From Bugula neritina (Eukaryota; Animalia; Bryozoa), in the NCBI GenBank assembly GCA_964035545.1, contig OZ037767.1:24320628-24384627 (forward strand): DNA of 64,000 bases. The letters run 5' to 3'. Below are positions 26,305 through 39,300 of the stretch, one piece after another. Positions within the stretch are counted from its first letter, which is position 1, and every line of letters begins with the position of its first letter. The position numbers were made by a program, and so were the translations under genes. The notes under the pieces were generated by a model that did not search any database, was not told the origin of the DNA, and worked only from the letters and a program-made list of their open reading frames with translations.

Positions 26305-29239
26305 GTAAGTTATAGTATCCAATGGTTTTACTTTATAAGTAGGGGATGCCTATTTCTGCAGTAGCTTAAGTTATTTAACTCAGTTTACTGTTTATACTTG
26401 GTGCTAGGTTTGAGATAAAACTTGGCCTTGCCTGGGGTACAGCTAGTTTGTATTACTATTTATTACTAGTTACTGGAACAATAACAATTACAATAGTCCG
26501 TAACTGTAAGTATTCTCCATACTTGGTCAATTTAATGTTGCTTATTAACTTTAGGAATATTTTTTGAGTCAAGAACATCTATTTCTTGTAGTACCTATCA
26601 GTTTGCACAACATTTTTATTGTGCTAATACAGATTTTCTGCTTCGATTTGAATTATATCATATTATATCAAAGAAAGTCCTTTTTTGCACAAGTATGGAA
26701 GCACAAAGTCATGGGCTTGAACCCCAGTAAAGACCACTGGATTTGGCGGTTCTAGGAAGAGCATTCAGTCATAGTTGTTCCTGTGCCCCTTCTGAATGAG
26801 TTCTTAGCCTGATTTAACAAAAAACCCTTTCCATCAGGGTTTCTCACAGGATGGCAACTATAAACTTCCACACACCAAGTTTTCAGTGCCAAAATATTCC
26901 AAACTCTTGCATTACATTAATGTTCTTTGTATCCCTCATTAAATTAACTAATAAGCTATCCAGTAAACTTATACAATTTCTGCTGTTTGAAAATTGAGAA
27001 AGTTGACCTAATGAAAATAGTTGCATTTTCCAAGAAATTTTTATTTGCAATCTCATGAGTTTGTGTAATAAGTATAATTTGTAGTTTGAGAGTGTTTGCA
27101 AGTTTCCTGAAAGAGTTTAACAGCCATGGTTGTTTACTTTTGGCTTCAGTTTTGTTATCTCGGCACATACTTGCATCCTGTCCAACCCTTTGAGCAGTTT
27201 TGGTATTGCGTTATTTCTAGTAGTAGATTCTTGTCTCTTGGTTCTGAGCCTATGTTGACCAACTTGTAAATAAATGCTGGAATAGAGTGCTATCTTCAAA
27301 TAGCAAAGTTAAAACTTTGGTTGAAAGAAACATTACCATCTTATAATTATAATAAAAATGTTTCCAGGTTTTGTAATAAAAACAACTTTCCAAACACTTC
27401 TCTACTAGTACTATGTAGGATTATTTACAAGTAGGCTACTAGCCTGTACTTGCATGTTGCAACCTACCATAAGACTTTAATGGTAAAACATACCACAAGT
27501 CCAATAGACAAATGTAGTCAAAACATATTGTTGTTAGCATAATGTGCTTTTTTTATAATTATAAATTAAAGTAATTGTGATAAGGCATAAATTTTATCTC
27601 ACAAATACAAGTCTTTTAAGTTTTAAACAGTTTAGGCTTAATATATCTTTTGCTTTAGCTGTACTATTCCACTTAAGTAACTGTGTTTAATTAAAACAAA
27701 ACTTGTGACCAAGTTCAAAAACTTCGTAAGTTTTTTAAATATTTTTCAAACTGAACAGAAATAATTAAATCTAGTTATGATTTATAAAAAATATCTTGTT
27801 CAAAGAAAATTTATATAAGTATTTTATTCTAAAACTTTGCTTCTAACCCAGCTGCGGTCTTTTGTCCGATGTTTTTTAATTTTCTTATCTTTAATATTTA
27901 CAATATTAAGCTATCATGTTTGTCTAGAAATTAAGAAGCCAGTTAAAATCTGTTAGTTAATGAGTTGAGACTACAAACCACTTAAGTGTGAACTACGGCC
28001 ATAGTCCATAGAAGTCTGAGTAGTTACTAAGATAAGATAACACACACTTCACACCACTTAGCTTGATGTAGCTATTGTGCCGGCAAAGGGTACCCTATGT
28101 GCTAGCATTTACAAGGTCATTTAGCTAGCAGTGTATATATAATATATTATACTGAGGGTACTTTGCTAACACTTACAGGAAGGTTTGTTATCATAGTTGA
28201 ACAGATATATTTTTTTCAGTGAAACAAACTATTGAAATCGGCAATTCCAAAGTTGGTATTCCCGAAAATGATCATTTCAAATGGGATGTAGTGGTGACAT
28301 TAAGAGAATTTGCCCTTGCAGGCTCAAATTGTTCAAATTTTAGTTGCTTATGATTTTAAAAATTATAACTGCATTTATCAATTAGTTAGCAGCGTCGTCT
28401 ATTCTGAAATAGTAATTTTAGTAATAGGAATTTCAAATAAGGATCTTTGATAGACAATTTCGCATTTGACTTCACATGATTAAACAAAAAACTGTTACAA
28501 AAACAGGTCTTTGTGAGATGTCAGCGAAATACAGTCAGTTACTTGATAAACAAGATCCTTTCTAAAAAGTACTTAAAAAGTCAATTTTTTTCTTTATTTC
28601 TATTGCGACACCAGTTGACAGAGTTGATTATAAAGTTTGGTAAAGTTTTTGATGCAATAAAGTCTATTCTCATAGAGCTAGTGGCTCCTATTGTAGAATC
28701 AGTAATCACATGGTCTACGGGCCAGTAACTACTCTGTCTACATTCTACAACATCTTAGCCCTAACCACTACATTAGTCTAAAGTACAGCCTGTCAAACAT
28801 GGTTGGCTATTAGTGCAAAGTTTGACCATAATTACAAATAATAATATTATGACAAATGATTAATTATGTAGCCATGCTGACTACATGTGTTCCAAGTTCA
28901 TACTATTGTTATTGTTAATTTTGAACTTTGGAAGAGCTTTAGATTTATTTATAGGCTAGTATTCTGAAAACAAGTCAAAATTTATGACATAACTACTTAA
29001 CATAATTGTCAAACTATTGATATTATCTCTCAATACAACAAGCTGCCAAAACACAGCAAAAATAATGTTTTATAATTGATTTGGCAGAATTTAAAAAAAA
29101 ACTAAATTTAGTTTAGTAATTGTTGTGTTTTATATTTGTTAACTTACAGTGCTTCCCTAAGCCTTGAAGCTGTAACTACAAGTTTGAGCATTTGTGGCTT
29201 AGTTTGATCTGACTCATTGCATGTTGTAGATAACTAACA

Positions 29240-31938
29240 ATGACTGGAGTTGAAGAACTAAAAGGAAAATGGACAGAAGCCAGCGTAGAAAACTTTGAAA
29301 AGTTTATGGAAAAGTTGGGTAAGAAGATTTCTGCTAACACTCATCACAAAAACAAAAACAATTGTAAACTGTCTTGCTAATGTATAGCTATGGCATTTTA
29401 GTTGTATTAGTATAACACTATTTTTATTGAATAATTTATAATTATTTTTCTAATGTTATTTTATTCTGTATTAATTGTAAGAAATACTTGTAGTTGACAG
29501 ACACTGATTATAATGGCAAGTTTATAAAATAAACAATTACTTTAAGCAAAGAATAAAAATAAATGAAGCTTAAATGCATAAGTATATAATTTGATTTCTA
29601 AAATTATATATTGAAGCTAATTGAAATCATGATGAAAAATTCCAAACTTCTAGAAGTATAGGAGTTGCTAGTAAAACAAAATAAAATATCATTTTCCCAC
29701 GGCAAATAGCAACTGATATCTGTAACCAAATCACAAAACTATTATAATCTCTAAGTATGCAACTGAAGTATTATTATTGGGTATATGCTATTTATATTTA
29801 CGATTCACAAATAAGATACAGGGTCCAACCAAGATTATATCTGGTGTTTACTTAGATTTTAGTTTGTATAAGTTTTGTGCTTATTGTATATACCTAAAGC
29901 TTTGTTATTAAATATGCCTCTTTAAGTGATTTAATCTTATTCTAATTCATCATTGGGAGGAAGGAATGTGCTTACGGTTACATAACAGAGTAAAACATAC
30001 TATTTTCGGTCTTCAAAGCTTGCCTGTCCCTGACTGCAGTTTGCTATTGCAACGTGGCATCCATCTAGATTGGAACGCAGATTTTGCATATAATTAGAAA
30101 TTAGTTAGTGAATAGAAATGGACTACCTAAGCATAAACTCAAACAACAAACCCGGCCAGGGGCAGGGGTGTTATGCAATGTTGTATCTATTTGTTATCTA
30201 TGAGGTGGGATTGGACTATTGGCTATAAATTGATAACTGAACAGATAAATCTCAACCTTTACACTGGCACTTCAATTAAGGGGTGGGGGGCGTTTACAAA
30301 TCAGAACTTGCAGACAACCACCTGTACAGTGCAGTGATGGGAGGCAGTTGTGTTTTAGAGGGGAAAAAAACTTTAGCTTCTGCGAAATTTTCAATATCTC
30401 AGCTGTCTGGAATAAAGAGTGTTTTCTGAGTCATGGTAGTTTGAAAAGAAAGCCTTTAGGCAGTTTTCTCTTGTATAACAGCCAGCACATTTCTACGAAG
30501 TATAGTGCCATATACTGCAGCTTGCCATCTTTATCAATGAAAAAACTGCATTCCTTGGAATCATCTACTCACTGATAATCAAACCTATATTTAAAATTTT
30601 CTACTGAAATACAAACCAGAAAATAATGTTATTTTAACTAATTGTTTGTGAAGGATTTAACTCACTTTTCAGTAGACTAAGCTTAAAAAGATTTCATAGC
30701 TAACAAAAAGTGGAAAAATTTCCTGTTAAATAGTTATTTTAAATACTTATAAAATATAATTCGTGATGTTGCTCAAGCTTCAGCGTGAGCTTTTTATTAA
30801 TAAAATATTCATATATGCAGCTTACTGCAAAGTTGTGCTGTGTATTGTAGTGTAGTCAGTACAGTGTATTGTGTAGTTTAGTGTAGTGCAGTGCAATGTA
30901 GTGTACTGTAGTGTAACATAGTGCAGTGAAGTAGAGTGTGATGGAATGTTACATAATGTTGCATTACATAATGTTAAACATAACTGTAGTTGCTAGTATT
31001 GATAAATATATTGTAAAGCTGAAAACTTTGTGATTTATTTTTAGAGGTAAATGTTTTACTGAGAAAAGTTGGTGCTAAAACATCAGCCAATGAGGAGTGG
31101 ATAATTGAAGGAGATGACATCACCATAAAGATTACATCCACTTTCAAAAACAAAACTCTCAAATTTAAACTTGGTCAGGAATTTGACGAAGAGACTTTAG
31201 ATGGAAGAAAAGTTAAAGTAAGTTTTAATTTTCTTCAGTAGGATTCTTTCTACTAAATAATGCACAAATTAGTTTTGGCATTGCTTAGTAATATATTCTT
31301 TTGATAATTTTGTTTTGGATGTAATATAATTCAAACGTATAATATAGCAAAAGTATCATTGTGTGTAATACGATAGCACTATTATTGTCCTGTAGTCTAC
31401 AATAACAGAAGAAGGTGGAAAAGTTGTACATAGACAAGTTGGAAAGCCTCACAACTGTCTTCACACACGCGAGATTCAGGGAGATCTGCTAGTGGTGGTA
31501 AGAGCTTACTGGTTAGAGTTTAGACACTTGAGTACATTTTTTTATTATAAGGTAGTTTCATAGCAAGTTTGGCTCTATCCTAAGGCATAGGAACTTTGTT
31601 TTGTACCAGTTTTAAAAATAATTAGTTTAAGTTGTTACTATATTATCTTGATTGTTTGAATTTGAAGCTATAGCCTAGACAACACCTAGACAACACGTTG
31701 CTGGGGTCTATCGAAAAGCTACTAGAAAATTAACCCCTTTCAAAACTGTAACTTGAGATAAGAAATAACCACACCTTACTACTTGGTTGGTTTAAGATGG
31801 GTAACTCATTAGCTTCTATGCAATTATTGTAGTGGTTATGTAATGATTACAGTCTGTTGTTGTTGTTTATTTCAGACTATGACCGTGGAAGCTCCTGAGC
31901 CAGTAACTGCCATTAGGAAATTTAAAAGAAAAGCATAA
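29240..31938 (+). CDS. Intracellular fatty-acid-binding protein (FABP/iLBP family), 138 aa
   Basis: Exons 29240-29318, 31045-31217, 31396-31497, 31876-31938 (canonical 4-exon layout). Translation MTGVEELKGKWTEASVENFEKFMEKLEVNVLLRKVG...[32 protein letters not shown]...TREI...AIRKFKRKA*. AATAAA near 32106. Confidence 0.95.
30835..30940. repeat. Imperfect (GTGTA)n pentamer repeat
   Basis: Visible directly in the first coding-region intron of FABP, near the acceptor. Confidence 0.7.
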
Positions 31939-33602
31939 GATGAGTGAAAGAACCTTCCAGAGAATTATCTAATTCAATCAATTTGAATTTAAAACAAACT
32001 CAGAGCTTAATTATACTTCATCACACAAACAACATAAAGCTACTATTATAAACATCCATAATCAACATGTATCTGATTGTATGATATTATTTTTATTGTC
32101 AACAAAATAAACAGATATACATGTTTCAATTAAATGCCACTTGATTAATTAGCAAGATAAAGATGAGCAAAATACTCGTCTGCATGAGATATTAAGTGTT
32201 TTATTGCTGATTGGCTGTAAAATTAGTTGTAGATGGCAGTTGATCATAAATATTATTCTGTTAAAAGCTTTTAGCATCTGCTATGCTAATTACCGCTGCT
32301 TGCTCAATCAACCCTACGTGGGAGTAAACTTCCCCATCTTACGCTGCAAGGATATTATATAATGCACATGTATACAGTGTGCATGTACATTATATAGCTA
32401 TTTCATACCCCAACAAGCATTCCTAAAAATATGTAATCATAGCAATAGAGTTGTACAAATTCTATAAGTATTACCACACCTTATGCGTAGACTACAGACC
32501 AGTGCCTTTTAAATTAACTAACAAGTAAATAGTGTGCAGAAATACAAAACCATAGTTAAACAAAAAGAAGTTAATTAGCTTTTCTATCCAAATGTAGATT
32601 ACTTAACTATCAGAAGTTGTGTTCTCATGTCATTAGTGCCAGCAGCATATCATTTGTATACTTAGTTTGATCTAAAATGACATTAGGTTTTAATTCCTCA
32701 TGACTTTGATAAAATTATATTGATCAGCTATCAAAGCTGTATGTTAGGAAAGCAGATTATATAAATTGACTTTCAGTATTGGCCATGTAGAGCATAATGA
32801 AGATAGCAGTACAAAGTTACAATACAAGAATAACACTAAAATAATTAAATCTTATTTATTATGAGATTTTGAAGAAAAATGTAGGAGTTGTTGTCTCTAT
32901 GCAAATACTTGAACATTTTATTTCATACTTATATTACTACAGTCTACAAGCACCTAAAGATAATTAGAATTAGCAATACTATTGCATTAAATCAATTAAA
33001 GCTAGCACGTATCAGCAAAAATTTTGTGGCCCTGAAAAACAGCGATGTAGGTAATATATGGAAGATTGTTAACCTAAATCCATCACTACCTACTTGCACA
33101 CTCTTAGCTGCTGTGCTTGTAGAGTTGGATATTTGAAAATGAGGCTAATATATCTAACATTGAATTGTTGTTCCACAATAGAAAGGTGTTAGATTTGACT
33201 TCCTTAATATAAGAAAAAAGCAAAGCCACAGTCACATATGTAGTACTCAAGCATTGCAGAATGACTTAAGTTGCATATTGATGTCTACAGACGTTAGAGT
33301 CTGTTACTTAAGTGACTCAAGCAATATCGATTTGCTAAAGTTAATCAGTCCCTTTGAAATAACACAAAACCATATTTTAATTGAGGTTTTGCTGCTACAC
33401 AAACATTACAGCTAATTATTCATTCAAAATGCATGTTTTGTGAAGAATATAACAATTTAAATAATTGCTTGATATAGCCTTACATAAGGGACTGTTTTAA
33501 TTGGTAGCATTCATAATTAGTGTTTAAACGCTTATTTAGTAACCTTACAATGTAAATTTATTGTGTTTTATTGATCAGCTATTGACTAGCTAGATGCTGC
33601 GG

Positions 33603-33637
33603 TATATATAAACGCTGGAAACACAGTCTGTCTCATT
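33603..33637 (+). promoter_or_regulatory. TATA box plus initiator of the knottin gene
   Basis: TATATATAAA at 33603-12 and CTCATT at 33632-37; the ATG follows at 33688. Confidence 0.65.
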
Positions 33638-33687
33638 ATTAGTGAAGGAGAATTATACTGTGAGATATACTCGTACTATATAAAGAA

Positions 33688-35076
33688 ATGTGCCAACACT
33701 GGAGTCTAAGCAGCCTTGCTGTTGCATTTTTAGCTCTGCTATGCATACTGACTGCCTCCACCCAGGCTATTTCTCCAAGTGGTAAGTGCAAATATTCACC
33801 AAACTCAAAATAATATAAATATAATTTCCATTTTAAATAGTTTTAACATTACCTATAGGCGAAGGATTCATTTGAGATAAATTGCCAGAAGAATGAGTAT
33901 TAGATATGTACATACAGGCATTTATTCTCAAGTTGATATTGGTCTGGCAACTGTAAACTGTTTTGAAACATGCTGAATAATTAATTTCATGTTATTACAT
34001 TACATTAAAAAGACAAAATGGATTTATATCTTGTATAAAGAGTTTATAAGATATTTTCCCTACATGAGGATGAAATATAACATTTTTATTTGGTGAAACT
34101 GATATTGGAATTAATTCACAGTTTTTTATGATAACTATGTAGGTTTAATATTAAATCAAACGTATGAACTACAAAATCTGCATCTATTTAAAAATTTTCA
34201 ATTTAGGATTATTGAAACTAACAAATTTATAAGGATACATTTCCTTGGAGTAAATAACTACATAGTCTAGACATGCAAAAATATATTCAGTCAGTCACAT
34301 TTATTCTCAGCATTACATCATAATAAGAAAACAGGTTTTTCGAAACTTTACTCAATAGATAAATTACAGTATTTCTGTTAGGAGCATTTATAAACAAGTC
34401 AGTTATTTATATTAAATAGACTATATTGGGTAAAATATTGTTGCATCTGGTCCACCCATGTGTTTCATAATTACTGTAAGAATATTTCTCTCCAAAGACA
34501 TTTACATTAAGGCAGATATGCCTGCAAAAAGTCACATGTATAATTGAATGGTATTTACAAGTTTCAAAATAATAATGTTACTTATGATAATTATATTAAA
34601 GCATGCCTACACCAACAATGTTATATAATATGGTTCTCAATAATCAATTAAATAGAATACATACCGTGAGGTTGTGTGTTTTAGATGGTGCTGCTGAAGT
34701 CGGGGCATATCTTGATGATGTAAGTTATGAGGAAATGCTGTCTCCAGAAAAGTGAGTAATTCCTCCTTTGATGATATCTATCTCTAAGCATATTTTGTAT
34801 ATTAAATGCTGCTGAACTGCTACACTGTATTTTAAATTGAAACTATTTTATTAGTTTATGTAACACACAGATGAGGATACATGTGTATTATTTTGATGGT
34901 TTTACAGACGAGGAATGCCAATAAGTGAGTTTATCATGAGAAAACTGCTGAAGGAGAAACCGAGGTGTTCCAGCTGGAATGGTCACTGCCAACCAAACCG
35001 TAGGGGAGATTGTTGCTCTCCATATTTTTGTAAATGTATGCTTATATTTTCAAACAGGTGCAGATGTGTATTGTAA
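33688..35076 (+). CDS. Secreted agatoxin-like (ICK/knottin) 8-Cys prepropeptide, 109 aa
   Basis: Exons 33688-33781, 34685-34751, 34908-35076 with matching phases (1, 2). Translation MCQHWSLSSLAVAFLALLCILTASTQA|ISPSDGAAEVGAYLDDVSYEEMLSPEKR|GMPISEFIMRKLLKEKPRCSSWNGHCQPNRRGDCCSPYFCKCMLIFSNRCRCVL*. It has a signal peptide, an acidic propiece, a KR site and the pattern C-x6-C-x7-CC-x4-CxC-x7-CxC. AATAAA at 35142. Confidence 0.9.
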
Positions 35077-36382
35077 ACCTTAGCCTAGTGCTAAATTTTG
35101 AAATATGGTGAATATTTCATATCATGGTTTTAATATTGTAAAATAAAGTTATTTTAAATGCATTTCATTTTTATGTATTATATTATTTTAATTAGGTACA
35201 CACAATAGTTGGCAAACATCATAAGCTAGATTATGTACACTTGATACACACTAAAAATTTACTAGAATTAGATTTACTTGGCCCTACATTACTTTGCATT
35301 ATTCACTGTAACTTTCCAAGTTTTTCAAAGACAAAGTTGGTAGCTGAATGTTATTTTATTCTCCACAACTGCTCTCCAACTGATTATTTTCAGTAATTCA
35401 ATTTACATATTAGAATATATAAAGCTTGTTTTGGGACATGAAAAGCATAGATAAGATCATCAGCATAAAAATTCTAAAACCACCTTGCAAAGTTCAGTTA
35501 TAACTTATATACTTGCTACGTATTACGTGAGTGAAAGGTATTCTGTTGATTATCTGTACACATGGTGCTTTCAAAATTGTTTCTATCTTCTGGTATTAAT
35601 TTTTTTTTCAAAAAGCCTATATAGGCAGATACCAATGAATTTATCACATAATAGGATTGCAATAGTTTAGACAGAAATGTGGTAGGAGCTCAAGCTAATA
35701 GCCTTCATTTTAGGCTTAGAAAACTAATTAGAGCAATTTGCTGGGTAATGTCTTATCTTAGAACTTATAATGCAGCTTAACTTACAGAAAAATTGATTAA
35801 TTACATAATGTACTATTAACGTAGGACAACTTTGTTCTATTATATTGCTTAAAGCTGAATTTGAATAATAAATGGCTACTTATAATTTCACAATAATTGC
35901 AAATTTATGTATATTTCTAACTCCATTATCAATGGTTATACTTTGTAGAATGATTTACAGAAGACGAACATAACATAATTTCATAAAATTTTATTTTATA
36001 GCATATTTTTATTAAAAAAAACTTTGGTTCACACTGCAGTCCACTACAAACTTGGTTAACAAAGCATTTCACAAACTAAAGTCCAAATTTTGTTACATAA
36101 TAAATAAAACGTAAAAATGTCGTGCAATTCTCTACATGCATAGCACCACCAGTGAGACTATACTTACTACTTATCACTACTTAATAAAACTATCTAATAT
36201 TGGTGAACAGCACCACTACTTGGCATTATATCTAGAACACAGTTCACAGCAACATATTTGGACGGACACTCTGCAAGTGCTGTGTAGCAAATCAAGTCAT
36301 GGCAAGTTCACAGAAAATGTATGTGGAAACAAATATAGCCCAAGGTTTGTGGCTGGAATACCATGCAGCAGCACATCTGGTG

Positions 36383-39300
36383 TTACTGCGTGGAACAGTC
36401 AATGTGACCTGAGGCTGCCATCTCGTCAGCATGCTTGTCTATCAGAAACTGCCGCAACTTCTCAATCTTCTCTCCCATTGACTTGAGAGTTGAGTTCTGT
36501 TGCTCCAGCACTGACACGTACTCTCTTGGCGAGGAAATAGTAACAGGAGTCGCTACAACAGAGAATGCTCAAGATAGACATTCATATACCATAATGCTGT
36601 TGAAGGTTTTCTGCAGCCTAGAAACTGCAGCATCAATAGGATGCCAGAGCATAATTATAAGCATTTCATTTACATCTAACCTCACACTATCCATTAACGT
36701 ACCGCACTTAAGCACTACCTTTAGTTTCTGAGGTGTGTATATGTTGAAGTAAGAAGCACTAAGTGATGGAAGACCTCTAAATTTCTAAGTAAACAATCAT
36801 ATAGTTAGTATAAACATAATGTTTGAGGATTAGCACCAAAGTCAACCTTCCCTAAGAGAAAAGGAGGCAACATCCTGCTAGGGTTAGGAAGAGGTTATAG
36901 CGCTAAGCAACATCTAACAGGAAATGAGAAATGTGTCATTCAATTATGAAAGATTGTACGGCCTTATGATTGTGTATAGAGTAACCAAAACAATATGGCA
37001 ATAGATGACCAACACCAGAGCAATTGGTTTTCCTGATTTGCATCCATATATTGAAACTTCAGGGGGCCAACAATTATTTTATATTATGTTTATAAATAAT
37101 TTATCTTTATATTGCAATTTTTCTTGCACTTGAGTCTTTTGAATTTCATATAACTTCAGCATTGTTCAGTGTTTGCAACTAGTAATGAATAATTGTGGAG
37201 TAGAGTAGTATAATGGCTTCTAGAAGATATTAATTAGGAATAAAAATATGCTATAAAAATGACAAATACAAACAATTTCACATTGCATAATATTCTATAA
37301 AGACACATTATATCTTTATAAAATGTTAAGCTTATTAAACAGTGAGTTTAAAAGTTGTGAAATGATGGTTTTGAAAATTGAAATATAGTATTTATGTCAG
37401 CGAAACATTAAGCAGTTGAAAATGACAATTTTCAAATAATTTATTTGAAGTAGCAATAAGCCTTTGTATAGAAAGATGAGATCTAGTACTTATGACTGCT
37501 CAAGAAGCGTCTGGCAGATCTGAAGAGAGCCAAGTTGATAGTTTTACAAATCTTCTCGTTATAAAACTTCTTTAGATAATAGATTATATGCAAGCAATAT
37601 CCAATCTAAACTTTTCTAATTATCTGACTAGTGGGTCTGAATTACATAGTTTATTCAGTTTTCTTTCTTAAGATGAGATATTATTTGTATAGACTGAATG
37701 AGTCAAAACAGGCTTTCTGATAACACGCTAACTTCTATATTACCGTGTTCATAGCCTCAGTGAACATTTCATGCACACATGAAAATTTGAAAACAGGTGC
37801 AGAACTTGTGTTCTCCCAATAAAGTCACTTTGTTTCATGAAGAAGTTGCTATAAAATAAAATCATCACAATCCAAACCAAAAGATATAAACCCAATCTTC
37901 GTCTCTGCTGACCAAAAAACTTGATATTTCTAATAGAAACCCTTCCTGGCATATGTGAAGTGAATATAAATAAAGAAATATATATATTTATTATAAATCA
38001 TTGAATATATAGAGCATGAACTAAAGAACTCTGGCCTGAAACGCATATTTTTTGAGAACCAGGTGCAAGGATCATAGACCAGTTGCGAGACGATCTGCTC
38101 ACAAAACTTAATAATATAGCCCAAAAAAATTGGTAAAAAACTAACCAAGTATGTGGGAATTGGCCGAGAAATCGAGTCCTGAATAATAGTTAGACATAAA
38201 ATCTTGCAGCAAAAACTCTAGTTTGAGCATTCAGTTAACAGCATTATTTTTTTTGTAAAAAGATGTTTACTGTTTTATCTAGACAAACGCAAAACTTTAC
38301 AATCATAACCACTCCGTATGTCCCTAGTGCACCTAATTCATAGTTGCAAGTTCATTAACACGGCTCAAAATGGAGCCCACGAGACTATTTTATGAATAGT
38401 TTAAGATCAGTGAGCACACAATGACGTAAAGCATGAGGGAATTCCGATAAAACTGACCATTTATAATGATTCATTGATACCAAATTTCTTGAAAACAACA
38501 AAGTATTGTCTATCAGTACGGAAAGCATTATATTGAGTCAACTATGCCTTAATATCTAAAAAGAATGAAAAGTGTAACGCAACACTGTGCAGCAATCAGG
38601 CCATTGCATCCTGCGAACCAGTTCCGGCAAAAACTCCATCAAGTGCAGAAATGCTAACTTCCCTGAACTACAAAGCTAGTAGCTTGTAGCTTTCTGTAAA
38701 CATGTCATCCCAAGAGGCAAGAAAGCAGTAAACTTCATTCTTAGAAATTGTAAACATGGTGGAAACTTGAGGCACTGGTGATGTCCTCCGTACAGGATGA
38801 ATTGTTGTGAGACAGCAGGCTATAATTTATAACAGAGATCAGACAACTTCCCAAATGAACTGCAGCCATGCCAACAATTTGACTATTTCATCTATGGACA
38901 ATGTGACAGGGCAACAAAAAGGACGATTGATCAACCTATAATACATAATTGGACCACAGCTGGGGACAAAGTCTAGTTGCCGGTAACCTAAAAATAAATT
39001 CTTTGTAAATCATCAAGTTATTCTTTTGCTTTCCTTTTTAGCTTATTGAAGCAAGAGCTACTCAGCTGTTTTCTACAGTAAAATTGAGTTTGATTTGAGC
39101 ATAAAAACTGGCTTAAGCTACACAGTGCAAGTACTACTGAATACTGACTACACAGTACTACTGACTACACACAGTACACAGTACTACTGACTACACAGTA
39201 CTACTGACTACACAGTACTACTGACTACACAGTACTACTGACTACACAGTACTACTGACTACACAGTACTACTGACTACACAGTACTACTCACGTCTGCA

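Noticed and set aside
36136-36731. Plus-strand ORFs of 116 and 98 aa
   Set aside because: Antisense shadows of the last CEP85 exon and its flanks.
38560-38990. Coding-like stretch in the last CEP85 intron (also 41300-41600 and 52470-53130)
   Set aside because: No recognisable motif, TIR or TSD. Probably decayed repeats, but I cannot support that from the sequence.
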